Origin: a virus
Lineage: Duplodnaviria; Caudoviricetes
DNA: 64,000 bases
Reading direction: 5' to 3' (one strand)
IMG/VR virus record: IMGVR_UViG_3300042397_003635
In this document: positions 10,166-19,435 of the stretch, piece by piece
Position numbering within the stretch: position 1 is the first letter of the stretch
How the letters are laid out: each line of letters begins with the position of its first letter
The notes under the pieces: model-generated
Told to the model about the DNA's origin: nothing
The model's database searches: none
The model's input: only the letters and a program-made list of their open reading frames with translations
Translations under genes and position numbers: made by a program

Positions 10166-10531
10166 TCAATTACTGTGGAGGCCTTTTAGGATAAGGCGTG
10201 CACAACTTGGATTAGTTGCAAGTGGGACATTGTGTACATCACAGATTCGCATTAGCATCTGTACATCGGGTTCATGTGGATGGGCATCAAGTGGATCCCT
10301 AAAAAATATAACTGCCCCGATTTCTTTTTCTGCAACTTTAGTTGCAATTTGAGCATCTCCACCCATAGGACCAGACAGGACCCGAGTTACCTTGAGTCCT
10401 GCCTGTTCTACGAATTTTCCGGTAGTGCCGGTTGAGATAAGATTAATTCCATCTAATGCTTCACGGTTTTCCATTAGGAATGCAACCATTTCTGCTTTTT
10501 TGCCATCGTGTGCAATTAGTGCAATTTGCAT
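10166..10531 (-). CDS. mgsA: Methylglyoxal synthase
   Basis: IALIAHDGKK, STGTTG, SGPMGGDAQI, DPLDAHPHEPDV, PLATN; start moved to MQIAL at 10531. Confidence 0.95.
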   Translation of the reverse strand: MQIALIAHDGKKAEMVAFLMENREALDGINLISTGTTGKFVEQAGLKVTRVLSGPMGGDAQIATKVAEKEIGAVIFFRDPLDAHPHEPDVQMLMRICDVHNVPLATNPSCARLILKGLHSN

Positions 10532-10536
10532 GTTGT

Positions 10537-10740
10537 TTAGTTCTGTTTTTCTGTTACTAACCATGTGTTTATTACTGCGCCAAACATGTCTCGATTACTC
10601 TTGGCATGTTGGAATCTTTGACTTGCTCTAACTGCGCATTTTTCGCGCTGCTCGACTACAAGTTTCTCAGCTTCAGCAACTGTTAAATATCCTGCCTTTT
10701 TTGCAAGACTATCCATCAGTTCTCTTAACTTTCTTTTCAC
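10537..10740 (-). CDS. Hypothetical protein
   Basis: 67 aa ORF in operon. Confidence 0.5.
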   Translation of the reverse strand: MKRKLRELMDSLAKKAGYLTVAEAEKLVVEQREKCAVRASQRFQHAKSNRDMFGAVINTWLVTEKQN

Positions 10741-11077
10741 GTGCTTTCTTTATATTTTTGAGATGATTAACTACTCTCTGTAGTTTATCAGCATCCTTTG
10801 GGTTTAGTATTACCTCGTCAAAAGCCCCAAAGCGGCTCTTACGACCAAACGCATAGGCTAATCCATACCATAAGCGTTTCCAAAAACTTCGATGGTTTGT
10901 TAGGTGAATATGCATAAACGCTAGTTGATCATCTATTTGTTTATCATACTCCCACATAAATAGTATTTGATGGTCAGTCGAGTGACACTCACAAATTAAA
11001 ACTTCTTGGTTTTCCATATATTTTATACTAAGGTTATTAAATAGGGTCTCCGGATTTCCACTGATGTCCACAGTCAC
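10709..11077 (-). CDS. Hypothetical phage protein
   Basis: LICECHSTDH...FWKRLWYGLAYAFGRKSRFGAFDE. Confidence 0.6.
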   Translation of the reverse strand: MTVDISGNPETLFNNLSIKYMENQEVLICECHSTDHQILFMWEYDKQIDDQLAFMHIHLTNHRSFWKRLWYGLAYAFGRKSRFGAFDEVILNPKDADKLQRVVNHLKNIKKAREKKVKRTDG

Positions 11078-11166
11078 TGCAATAGGTGCTAGATCTTAAA
11101 TCATAGTTGCTACCGCAATTAGTGCACTTATGCCAGATTTCATGGTTAAAGATTCTTTGTATTAAC

Positions 11167-11706
11167 TTAATCACGTTTTATTTCAATTTTATGTTTTTCA
11201 CCATTTGCCATTGAATAAACTGCATGACTTGGATGGATTTGATATTCCTTACCTTTAAATTGATCCGCATATTTTTTACCCATACCTTTTTTAATATAGG
11301 CGACTGTCATATGAGGATGATAGTCTGGAAAGTCTGATGTAAAAGGAAACTGCTTTAACTTAGTATTAAGTTCTGATAATTGATCGCCTTTAATATCAAA
11401 CTTTAAGACATCATACTTATCATTCTCAAATAGAGATGGGTTATGTGCCTTAACTGTTGTGTAAGTAGGCTCGCTAACAATTGGTTCAACCTTATCTAAG
11501 CCAACATTATTATGTAGACCATAAAGTAGTGTTACATGAGGTTCATCCTCTAACCCAAATGTTTGATCTTCTGGATCCACATACACATCATCGCGATCGA
11601 TTTGACCATGCAATTCTGACATTTGCGGAAAATCTAGATAAAGCATTGCACATGAAAAATCATAAGCTGCTTTCTTTTCATTAATAAAATCTTTAATTGT
11701 TTTCAT
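11167..11706 (-). CDS. 2H phosphoesterase, T4 gp57B/Acb1 (anti-CBASS nuclease)-like
   Basis: Two HxT motifs (EPHVTLLY, YHPHMTVAY); SDFPDYHPHMTVAY resembles T4 Acb1 HDFDDYTPHITLSY; capsid-targeting-like start MKTIKDFINE. Confidence 0.75.
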   Translation of the reverse strand: MKTIKDFINEKKAAYDFSCAMLYLDFPQMSELHGQIDRDDVYVDPEDQTFGLEDEPHVTLLYGLHNNVGLDKVEPIVSEPTYTTVKAHNPSLFENDKYDVLKFDIKGDQLSELNTKLKQFPFTSDFPDYHPHMTVAYIKKGMGKKYADQFKGKEYQIHPSHAVYSMANGEKHKIEIKRD

Positions 11707-11720
11707 TTTATATTTTAATT

Positions 11721-12221
11721 TTAACAGAATTCAGTTGAGCTTGAAACTCTTAGTCCATCAATTTCACGATCAGCATAGGCTTTCCAATTATTTCCTAAGT
11801 AGTGTTCCTTATCTCTCATGTATGCTTCGTCAGCGACTAATCCATCAGGTTGACCCCATTCCATAGCCATTTGAATAAACTCATCAGCTTCAAATTCTGT
11901 TCCATACTCATCAACTACTCTACCACTCTTAATAAACTTAAGTAGAGTTTCTTTATTGGTGTAATATCTTTCACCATTAAAATTCCAGCAGAATTTCCAA
12001 CCACTTGACCTTTTACCTAAGTGAATTAGAGTTTGATCACAGAACTCGTCCCATGGAGATTCGTGTTCCCATACATAATCAGAATCATGAGTAGGAATTG
12101 TAGAAAATCTACGTTCAATATTTGAAGGTGTCATCTCTAATTCCTGAATACGCTTAGCTAATCTAGCTTTACGCTCTTCCATTTCTTGTTCAGTTGGAAT
12201 TCTGTAATAGTTAGTTCCCAT
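11721..12221 (-). CDS. Hypothetical phage protein
   Basis: MGTNYY...IHLGKRSSGWKFCW...VVDEYG. Confidence 0.65.
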   Translation of the reverse strand: MGTNYYRIPTEQEMEERKARLAKRIQELEMTPSNIERRFSTIPTHDSDYVWEHESPWDEFCDQTLIHLGKRSSGWKFCWNFNGERYYTNKETLLKFIKSGRVVDEYGTEFEADEFIQMAMEWGQPDGLVADEAYMRDKEHYLGNNWKAYADREIDGLRVSSSTEFC

Positions 12222-12807
12222 TTCCTAAAAATTTTAAAATTGATTCTTTGACCCCACTTTGTTTTATTCCTTCTCTTGATTTTGGAGTTAAGACAAAATT
12301 AGAGAGACCCCAATCTCTATCCATATCTCCCCAATCTGGATCTGTGTATGGCGCTCCCATATTTAAATCGTCGACTGCAACCCAATGTGTTATTTCTGGA
12401 TGATCGATTAAGTATTGCTTGATTTCAATTGCGCGAGTCTGTTCTAAATCCCATTTAGGCGCCCAAACAAATGTACCTGCATTATACCAATTACACTCAG
12501 CCAGATTTGGAGTATATGCAATTGGTTTTTTAATAATACCTTTTGCCTCATAGTATTCTCCCATCTCTTCTACATTTGCCCAACGTTTCCAATCTGAACT
12601 AACTACAATTTCTGCTCCAGTTTCTTGCAAAATTTCATTTAAGACTGCGACTGCTTTCTTATTGAAATTATCAAAACGTGCATCAACAGATAATGACAAA
12701 ACAGATTGGCTCAGTTTTCGGCCAGCCTTTTGTTGCTTCTTAAATCTACCGCCCCATTCAGTTGCTAAGCAAATTACTCCATCATGATCTAAAAATATTA
12801 CTTTCAT
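12211..12807 (-). CDS. HAD-family protein (Swiss-army-knife RNA-repair-like, HAD_SAK_2)
   Basis: MKVIFLDHDGV, IVVSSDW, WVAVDD. Confidence 0.8.
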   Translation of the reverse strand: MKVIFLDHDGVICLATEWGGRFKKQQKAGRKLSQSVLSLSVDARFDNFNKKAVAVLNEILQETGAEIVVSSDWKRWANVEEMGEYYEAKGIIKKPIAYTPNLAECNWYNAGTFVWAPKWDLEQTRAIEIKQYLIDHPEITHWVAVDDLNMGAPYTDPDWGDMDRDWGLSNFVLTPKSREGIKQSGVKESILKFLGNGN

Positions 12808-12815
12808 AGTTTGTA

Positions 12816-13394
12816 TTAATAATATAAATCTACTAATGATTGGTTTAAGATTGCAATAGCCTTATCTGCAAGATCATCCGTTAGACCAGTTGGGTGCTGA
12901 GTTTTAATAAAATGTTCACGTTGTCCATATAACATATCCGAATCATCGTCTAAAATAATATAGTTCTTAACTATGGCTTTATCAATATGCTCGATTTGTT
13001 TCTCTTCGCTCCAATTAATTCTTTGAAAATCTCCATGATTATCTAACCACCAGTCAATTTCACAACCTCTTGGCATTCGGTATCCATCAAATTCTTCATA
13101 TGGTTTTTTACACCAAAGATGAGGTGTTACTCCAATAACTTCTCCAACAATACCAACTTGATCAAATAGCCTTTGTAAAGATTCGACAGTTTCGCCGCTT
13201 CTCCAACTTGAACTAACTACAATTTTAGCATCAGTTTCCTTTATAATTCGGTTTAGTCTCTCAATTGCACGGGGATCAAATTCATAGAATGGATATTGTG
13301 CATTAACTGAATCCATTTCAACCACATCTCTACGATAGACATACCAATCCTGTGAATTTAAAACTCCATCTATATCTAAAAATATTACTTTCAT
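12816..13394 (-). CDS. HAD-family protein (HAD_SAK_2), tandem paralog
   Basis: MKVIFLDIDGVLN, IVVSSSWR, RGCEIDWWL, YIILDDDSDM. Confidence 0.8.
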   Translation of the reverse strand: MKVIFLDIDGVLNSQDWYVYRRDVVEMDSVNAQYPFYEFDPRAIERLNRIIKETDAKIVVSSSWRSGETVESLQRLFDQVGIVGEVIGVTPHLWCKKPYEEFDGYRMPRGCEIDWWLDNHGDFQRINWSEEKQIEHIDKAIVKNYIILDDDSDMLYGQREHFIKTQHPTGLTDDLADKAIAILNQSLVDLYY

Positions 13395-13642
13395 TTTGTA
13401 TCTAATTTAGTAGAAATCCATACTAAGCTTTTCCAAATAAGGGAAATAACCATAGCTGCCCAAAACAGTGGCCACATAAAACTAATAGTTGCATAGGCTT
13501 CAGCATTTGAGTCATAATCATCATAGTAGTCTGGATGCGGCGGATCATAGTTATTAAGATCTAAGCCATTTTTAAATTTGTGCATTACATATAGGGATAT
13601 AAAATATCCAACTACGTAAATTAAGAATATTAGATTTATCAT
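13391..13642 (-). CDS. Hypothetical membrane protein
   Basis: Two hydrophobic segments. Confidence 0.6.
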   Translation of the reverse strand: MINLIFLIYVVGYFISLYVMHKFKNGLDLNNYDPPHPDYYDDYDSNAEAYATISFMWPLFWAAMVISLIWKSLVWISTKLDTK

Positions 13643-13655
13643 AAATTTATTTTAA

Positions 13656-13859
13656 TTACCAACTATCAATATCGGTTAGGTCTAATTCAACCTTTGCTAA
13701 ATGACTAAAGACACTAAGTTCCATACCAATTCCGTTTGGTGTGTATTTCCAAGTAAGTAGCCCAACCTGACCATATAGAGCCTTAATATGCTCAATCCAT
13801 TCCTCATACTTTGCCTGTTCTTTATCGTTTAATTCTATTTCAATTTTGTGATTTGCCAT
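13656..13859 (-). CDS. Hypothetical protein
   Basis: 67 aa ORF in operon. Confidence 0.6.
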   Translation of the reverse strand: MANHKIEIELNDKEQAKYEEWIEHIKALYGQVGLLTWKYTPNGIGMELSVFSHLAKVELDLTDIDSW

Positions 13860-13860
13860 C

Positions 13861-14160
13861 TTATCTGTTGGTTAAAAGGTATTCTGAGTTTTTGGTTTTA
13901 AATCTAACAAATTTTAAGTAACCTTCTTCATCCCTTTCCTCTTCTAAGATTTCAGTTACGACAGTTGTCAACCAATAGTCTTGATTAGAATAACTGCGAG
14001 CAGTAACAGATCCTACTAGGAGTGAACACCCGACTACCGGTTTATGATCGACTACTTCTTTAAATGTCTTGTCTTCATTCCAAGCAATAGCATCGACCCT
14101 TGCTCCTTGCTCCATAAATTCTTCTCGACCGTCTGGATGTATTTTAATTAGAGTTGGCAT
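13861..14160 (-). CDS. Hypothetical protein
   Basis: 99 aa; DYWLTTVVTEILEE..VRFKTKNSEY. Confidence 0.6.
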   Translation of the reverse strand: MPTLIKIHPDGREEFMEQGARVDAIAWNEDKTFKEVVDHKPVVGCSLLVGSVTARSYSNQDYWLTTVVTEILEEERDEEGYLKFVRFKTKNSEYLLTNR

Positions 14161-14161
14161 C

Positions 14162-14362
14162 TTAGTTACATTTACACTGGGATCCAGTTAAGTTATCAAT
14201 TTCGCAATCAGCTAGGTAAAGAGCTCCAGCGATTTTAGTCATTTGCTCTGCAGTTAAGGTATAAGTTGGCTGATCAAATCCAATTGTCATTGCGCCAGCT
14301 TCGTCAAAACTTTCCATAATGGCACGAGCTTCATTAATTGCCTTTTGTGTCGGTGTTTCCAT
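14162..14362 (-). CDS. Hypothetical protein
   Basis: 66 aa ORF in operon. Confidence 0.55.
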   Translation of the reverse strand: METPTQKAINEARAIMESFDEAGAMTIGFDQPTYTLTAEQMTKIAGALYLADCEIDNLTGSQCKCN

Positions 14363-14585
14363 CTTCTTCTATTACTAAATAATTAATACCAGATTCTGTC
14401 TTTTTAACAGTACCTGATTGAATAAGGTTATTAACTAGGTGTGGATCAATTTGAGCAAGCCAATTAATAGTCTGCTCCATGTATACTACTTTCATAGTAC
14501 TATTATACTTTAATCTTGACAGATTTGGTAAAAATGTTATTGCGGATTTTGTGGTGTAGAACCCACAGTTTAGAATTGTGCTCAC
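14334..14585 (-). CDS. Hypothetical protein (true start probably at MKVVYM)
   Basis: ORF track; 5' part overlaps the upstream gene. Confidence 0.45.
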   Translation of the reverse strand: MSTILNCGFYTTKSAITFLPNLSRLKYNSTMKVVYMEQTINWLAQIDPHLVNNLIQSGTVKKTESGINYLVIEEDGNTDTKGN

Positions 14586-14709
14586 TTATAATTAGATCTT
14601 GATATCGATCTAATAGCTTTTCACAAACTTTAAGATGGGCTTTGGTAGTTGCCGACTCGACTATCTTGTCAATCCATTGTGCTATTGCAATATAGTCGAG
14701 TTGCTTCAT
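14503..14709 (-). CDS. Hypothetical protein
   Basis: 68 aa ORF. Confidence 0.5.
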   Translation of the reverse strand: MKQLDYIAIAQWIDKIVESATTKAHLKVCEKLLDRYQDLIISEHNSKLWVLHHKIRNNIFTKSVKIKV

Positions 14710-14876
14710 GCTAGTTTTGAATTATACAGTACTTAACAAATAGTGCAATAAAACGAAGTGCAATACTTATACTTAATAGAGTAAAGACAAAATTCCAAAT
14801 GCTTGAAAATGCAAAATTTGAAAGTGATTTAATTTTTGATCGCATAGTATAGAGATTTATTCTATATTTTACTCTA

Positions 14877-15641
14877 TTATGCAATAGGGTTTCCGTCAGA
14901 GTGACGTTTACGATAGGCTTCCTTGCCTAAGTCAATTAGTTTTTCAATATGGCCTGAATTTCTTAAAGCTTTAAACGTTAGGTTCTCAACTGAGAACTCT
15001 CCCCGTTCACTCAGACCATCCTTACGAGCTTTCATGATTTTCTCTTTAAGCCAATCAACCCTTGAAATTAGAGGCTCCTGAATTAACCCGAAATCGCTTG
15101 TATCAATTTCCTTAGCTAACATTTCAATCTCAGTTTGTAGAGCTTCAACTCTGCGACTAACGTCCTTAGGATCAATTGAAGGTGGGGTAAAGCGAGGAAT
15201 TGTAATCCATTCGTCCTTTAGGAGAGAATAGAGTCCACTGGCAATATGCGGTTCGCTAATATCTTGTGCATAGAGTTCAACATCATGATCTAAGATCCTA
15301 ACTGGATGACGCTGATTCCACATAAATCTCTGACCGTCTAGAGCTTTTTTAACTAGAGCTGTATCTTCATTGATCTTTGTAAAATCAAAAAGTACATGCA
15401 CATCAAAATCAGAGTATTTGGTCCAGTTATAATTGGCAAGAGATCCAGTTAAGTGGATATCTTCAATTGGAATCTCAACCTTAAGGGCTTCATAAAAATC
15501 CTGAGCAATTACAAGTAGTCTGTTACGTAGAGTTGGATGTATTTTCGGTGCAGAGTTTACATCAGCGATACCCCAAACTCTTGGATTAAGTTTAGGTTGA
15601 TAAAATGGTTCTAGGTCTTCAAATAGTTTAATGTATCGCAT
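14877..15641 (-). CDS. Nucleotidyltransferase (Pol-beta superfamily) with capsid-targeting-like N-terminus
   Basis: DIHLTGSLANYNWTKYSDFDVHV (hG[S]x9-13DxD); starts MRYIKLFED. Confidence 0.8.
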   Translation of the reverse strand: MRYIKLFEDLEPFYQPKLNPRVWGIADVNSAPKIHPTLRNRLLVIAQDFYEALKVEIPIEDIHLTGSLANYNWTKYSDFDVHVLFDFTKINEDTALVKKALDGQRFMWNQRHPVRILDHDVELYAQDISEPHIASGLYSLLKDEWITIPRFTPPSIDPKDVSRRVEALQTEIEMLAKEIDTSDFGLIQEPLISRVDWLKEKIMKARKDGLSERGEFSVENLTFKALRNSGHIEKLIDLGKEAYRKRHSDGNPIA

Positions 15642-15648
15642 GCGTAAA

Positions 15649-16998
15649 TTAATACATTATTAAATTTTCTTTTGCAATTGCAACTGAGTTCATTTCTAAT
15701 ATTCCCCATTGACCATCTCCAATTGCAGTATAGAATATTACAAATGGCATACCTGTTTTTATTCCTTGCTGATCGGTTCCATATCCATATCTGTTTAGAT
15801 ATCTACTGTTTTCGGTTGAACACGTAACAGTATTGCCTTCATCAGATGGAGCAAATACTTTTCCTGATGGAACATTAAATGAAATCGAATAGGTTCTTTC
15901 TTTACCATATGAATTTTGAAGAGTATCAGCTTCACCCATTTCAATTGTTGCAGTAAGATTAGCAACTTCATCTGAACTCAATAATTCACCGCCTAAATAT
16001 TCTTTAGCCCATGCTTGTAGTGCGCCTATTTCAATTTTTTGGAAATCAGATTTTCCATTTTTATCTGGTCTAAATGGAGTAATTGCGCTAGATTCAATTT
16101 TATGGTTGCTAGCATCTCCAAAAAAGAATTCCAATAGATTATCAGTTAAGACTGAATAGGTTTTAGACGTTTCGCCGCTTGATCCAACTTGACCTGGAGT
16201 TTCTGTTCCTGGCGTAGTAGTTCCTGGAGTAACAACACCTGGAGTTTTTACATCGTATGGAGTAGCACTAGTTGTTATTTTAACATAACGACCGCCTCTA
16301 GGCAAGCCAACCTTAAATGAGGTTGTAATTTTACCTGAAATAAATGTAACCAAATCTGGAGTAAGTTTACCGGTTGCAGTTAAGGCCTTAACTATTTCTT
16401 CCTTCATTTTAATTGCGCGATTCTCTGCAAGAAATTCATTGCTTGGTTTAGCACCACCATAATTATGGTCTAGTTTAGTATAACCAGCTGGAATATCTAG
16501 AGTTGCATTTGCAATATCGGCTGCTCCTTCAATTGCAATTGATTTGAAATTGTTTTTTGCTTGTGTTGCATCTAACCTAAAATATTCAACTAGGTTTGTA
16601 ATAAAACCATCAAATAAAACTTTAGCGGTTTGAGCAACTGTCCAGTTTGGTGTAATAATATTATCTGGGTAAGGAAAATCTGTTCCTTTAAAATCAACCG
16701 ATGGGGTAACAGTCGGTGGTGCAACTTGTGGTTGAGTTGTTACAGCTGGTGTTGATTTAGGAGGGGTAACACTGGACCATTTAGATCCACGTTTAGCAGC
16801 TGAGCCGAATGATATACCAAGTGCTCCTTCTTTTCCGGATTTTTCAGCAATTCCAATTATACGTTGACCGCTTCCAGCCAAGCCTAATTTTGGGAATTTG
16901 CCACTTAGTTTTCCTCGCCAATCAATAAAAAGACTTGCATCTTGTTCAAAAATTCTATTTTCGCTTAACCAATTTTGGTATCTTAAAATATTTGCCAT
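15649..16998 (-). CDS. Putative internal head protein with divergent OmpA-like domain
   Basis: Starts MANILRYQNWLSE; SIAIEGAAD...SNEFLAENRA...RYVKIT; late promoter at 17022-17030. Confidence 0.5.
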   Translation of the reverse strand: MANILRYQNWLSENRIFEQDASLFIDWRGKLSGKFPKLGLAGSGQRIIGIAEKSGKEGALGISFGSAAKRGSKWSSVTPPKSTPAVTTQPQVAPPTVTPSVDFKGTDFPYPDNIITPNWTVAQTAKVLFDGFITNLVEYFRLDATQAKNNFKSIAIEGAADIANATLDIPAGYTKLDHNYGGAKPSNEFLAENRAIKMKEEIVKALTATGKLTPDLVTFISGKITTSFKVGLPRGGRYVKITTSATPYDVKTPGVVTPGTTTPGTETPGQVGSSGETSKTYSVLTDNLLEFFFGDASNHKIESSAITPFRPDKNGKSDFQKIEIGALQAWAKEYLGGELLSSDEVANLTATIEMGEADTLQNSYGKERTYSISFNVPSGKVFAPSDEGNTVTCSTENSRYLNRYGYGTDQQGIKTGMPFVIFYTAIGDGQWGILEMNSVAIAKENLIMY

Positions 16999-17025
16999 TA
17001 ATAATTATGGTTTGTTTGTAGTTAT

Positions 17026-17526
17026 TTATCTTACAGGTTCAGGTCCTGTTGAGTAGAGGATAACACATACACTCCAGTCCTTGGTTTCAATTCGGCTATA
17101 ACCAAATCTAACTTCAGTAAATTGACTGACTCCTCTAGTCATAATATCCCAATGTTTATCACTAAGTTTAAAATAGTAGATTGCAGATTTGGTTGAAGCT
17201 GGAATACCTGTATAGTTAGGATCCCCAGCCCAGCACACTTCATAGATTCCTAGGCCTGCATCTCCAAACTTTTCTGCACGTTTCATTGGAGTCCTGGTTT
17301 GAGGACGATCCTCTTCATAGTGGCCAGCCTTTTTACCAGAAATTAGATAGTTTGCATGAAGTGCAGCAGCTGAATCTAGTTTAGAGGTTCTGGTTACCTT
17401 TGTAGATGGAGCAATTAGACCTCTAACGAGGGTATAAACTGAATCCCTTTGAACCTGTGCAGTTGCAGCAGAACCAGTTGCAATAAGAATTAAGATTATC
17501 AGCTTCTTCATATAGTTAATATACAA
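17026..17526 (-). CDS. Secreted CAP/SCP-like domain protein
   Basis: Signal peptide; LDSAAALHANYL..GHYE..MKRAEKFG..SDKHWDIM. Confidence 0.6.
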   Translation of the reverse strand: MYINYMKKLIILILIATGSAATAQVQRDSVYTLVRGLIAPSTKVTRTSKLDSAAALHANYLISGKKAGHYEEDRPQTRTPMKRAEKFGDAGLGIYEVCWAGDPNYTGIPASTKSAIYYFKLSDKHWDIMTRGVSQFTEVRFGYSRIETKDWSVCVILYSTGPEPVR

Positions 17527-17604
17527 AAGAATACGTTATTTGATTTAGTATATTAAAAAATAATAATTGGTATATTAATTATAGTAACAATAGTATAGAG
17601 ATTT

Positions 17605-18168
17605 ATGAAAAGGTTAATTATTTCTTCTGTATTTGCACTATTATCAACTGGTGCATATACTCAATCTGGAACTCCGATAAGCGTTACGGAAGATAAAGAG
17701 TTATCTAAATATGTATTCAATCATATTAATAACTATCGATCAACTCTACCTGAAAAACCTTTTATTTGGACAGAATTCTGGTATAGCTCAGCCAAGAGGT
17801 GGAATAATGAAGTTTCAAAAAATGGTAATTGGGGCCACAATCGAGGAAAGGAGTGGGAAGACTTTAGAGGACAGGAAATGATTGTAGCTGTTCCAATTTT
17901 ATCTGAAGCAGAAGATAATTACCAATATATTGCAGAGACTGCCCTAACCAAATGGTTACAATCTAAATATCATGTTAGTGGAATTGTTGCACCAAGACAA
18001 GAAAAGGTTGGCGATACTGCAACTGTTCAGTTTGGAGATGCTCAAGTTACTGGAGTATTGTTATGTAGGTACGGAGCTATCTCTGTAAATATAATAAAAT
18101 ACCCTAACTACAAAATCGCATATATCGTTTTCCAGTTAGGGTATTATGGGAACAGTAGTGGTCTTTAG
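17605..18168 (+). CDS. Secreted CAP/SCP-like domain protein
   Basis: Signal peptide; VFNHINNYRS..WGHNR..KWLQSKYH. Confidence 0.55.
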   Translation: MKRLIISSVFALLSTGAYTQSGTPISVTEDKELSKYVFNHINNYRSTLPEKPFIWTEFWYSSAKRWNNEVSKNGNWGHNRGKEWEDFRGQEMIVAVPILSEAEDNYQYIAETALTKWLQSKYHVSGIVAPRQEKVGDTATVQFGDAQVTGVLLCRYGAISVNIIKYPNYKIAYIVFQLGYYGNSSGL

Positions 18169-19361
18169 GAGTTTTTTCCTTGAGGATTTGTAATTGCTGT
18201 CCAGGCGCTTAGAGTTCTAGTTGAGTCCAATCCAGTAGTTTGCTTAGGTTTTGATAAAATAGTGTCTAACTCAGTTTTAGTGAAAAGCTCAGCAGGTTTG
18301 CCTACTTTTTCAACGGTTACTGTAAGTTTAGCATACTGTGCATCATCTCCACCATTTTGAATAACTGCTTTAGTTGTTGTAGGAACGCCTAATCCTTTTA
18401 ATTTTGATACAATTGCGTCAGCTCTACCAAATGCTAATGTTGCATTTCCAGATTCGCCCGCAGTCTTTGGAAAATACTGAGTACCTGCTGGATGGTTTGC
18501 TGGATAACCGCTTTTTCCATCTGCTGCTTTACGATCACCGGATGCACTAGCCTCAACTTGAATTGTTTTAATTTTAGTACTTTTATCGGCCAATAGTGCT
18601 TGTAATTCAGCAATTGCTGAATCTAATTCTTTAGTATTAGATAAGGTAGTTTTTCCAGTTTCAAACATTGTACCAGGTAATGCCTTAACAATAGTTTTTC
18701 CAGTTGCTGGAACTTCCCAAGTGGTAGTCGTTGCAACTTCTTTAGACACAGCTGACGTTGTAGCCTTAGTTCCATACAATTTAAATTTAAATCCTGTTAC
18801 AGGTTTTTCCCAGGTTAGAGTACCTTCTGGACTTACTTCTAAGATTACTCCACCTCCGGGTAAACCACCCTTTTGATATTTTATTCGATACGCAATTTCA
18901 GATAAAGATTTATTATTGCAATATAGTGCAATATTCTCATATTTTGAAGCTTGATCAGGATTTCCTGGATCGCTTATTAACTCATTTGTGAAAACTCCAG
19001 TTGTAAGAACTTCGGTAGGCTTTTCTGGGTGGGGCATTAGTTTAATATCTCCACTTTTATTAATCCATGTAGCTGGAGTTAAATCAGTAATAGTTTGTTT
19101 AATACCAATAAACAAATTAGTTAAAATTGCAGCAGCGTGTTCAGGGGTGACTGAGAAAACTATGCCGTTTCTTATTAAAATCGATTTAATTTTTTCATAA
19201 TTTAAATTGTCTTCTCCTCCAAAATATTGCCGTAATCCTTCGTACATGCCGTCTGAGTCAAAGGCCTGCGTGATGTAACTCATTTCTATATCTCCATGAG
19301 GACCAAATTCATTGATTGCTTGAGACTGCAACCAAGATTCAAATAGTTTAATTGTTGCCAT
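18165..19361 (-). CDS. Putative internal head protein with C-terminal OmpA-like domain
   Basis: Starts MATIKLFESWLQSQAINE; MFETGKTTL..IQVEASAS..GNATLAFGRADAI; late promoter at 19388-19396. Confidence 0.55.
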   Translation of the reverse strand: MATIKLFESWLQSQAINEFGPHGDIEMSYITQAFDSDGMYEGLRQYFGGEDNLNYEKIKSILIRNGIVFSVTPEHAAAILTNLFIGIKQTITDLTPATWINKSGDIKLMPHPEKPTEVLTTGVFTNELISDPGNPDQASKYENIALYCNNKSLSEIAYRIKYQKGGLPGGGVILEVSPEGTLTWEKPVTGFKFKLYGTKATTSAVSKEVATTTTWEVPATGKTIVKALPGTMFETGKTTLSNTKELDSAIAELQALLADKSTKIKTIQVEASASGDRKAADGKSGYPANHPAGTQYFPKTAGESGNATLAFGRADAIVSKLKGLGVPTTTKAVIQNGGDDAQYAKLTVTVEKVGKPAELFTKTELDTILSKPKQTTGLDSTRTLSAWTAITNPQGKNS

Positions 19362-19435
19362 TTTAAAATTGTTAAATTTATTTGTAGTTATTTATCTTGT
19401 ACTAAAAGCTATGATTTAGTTAATTGATCTTAGCC

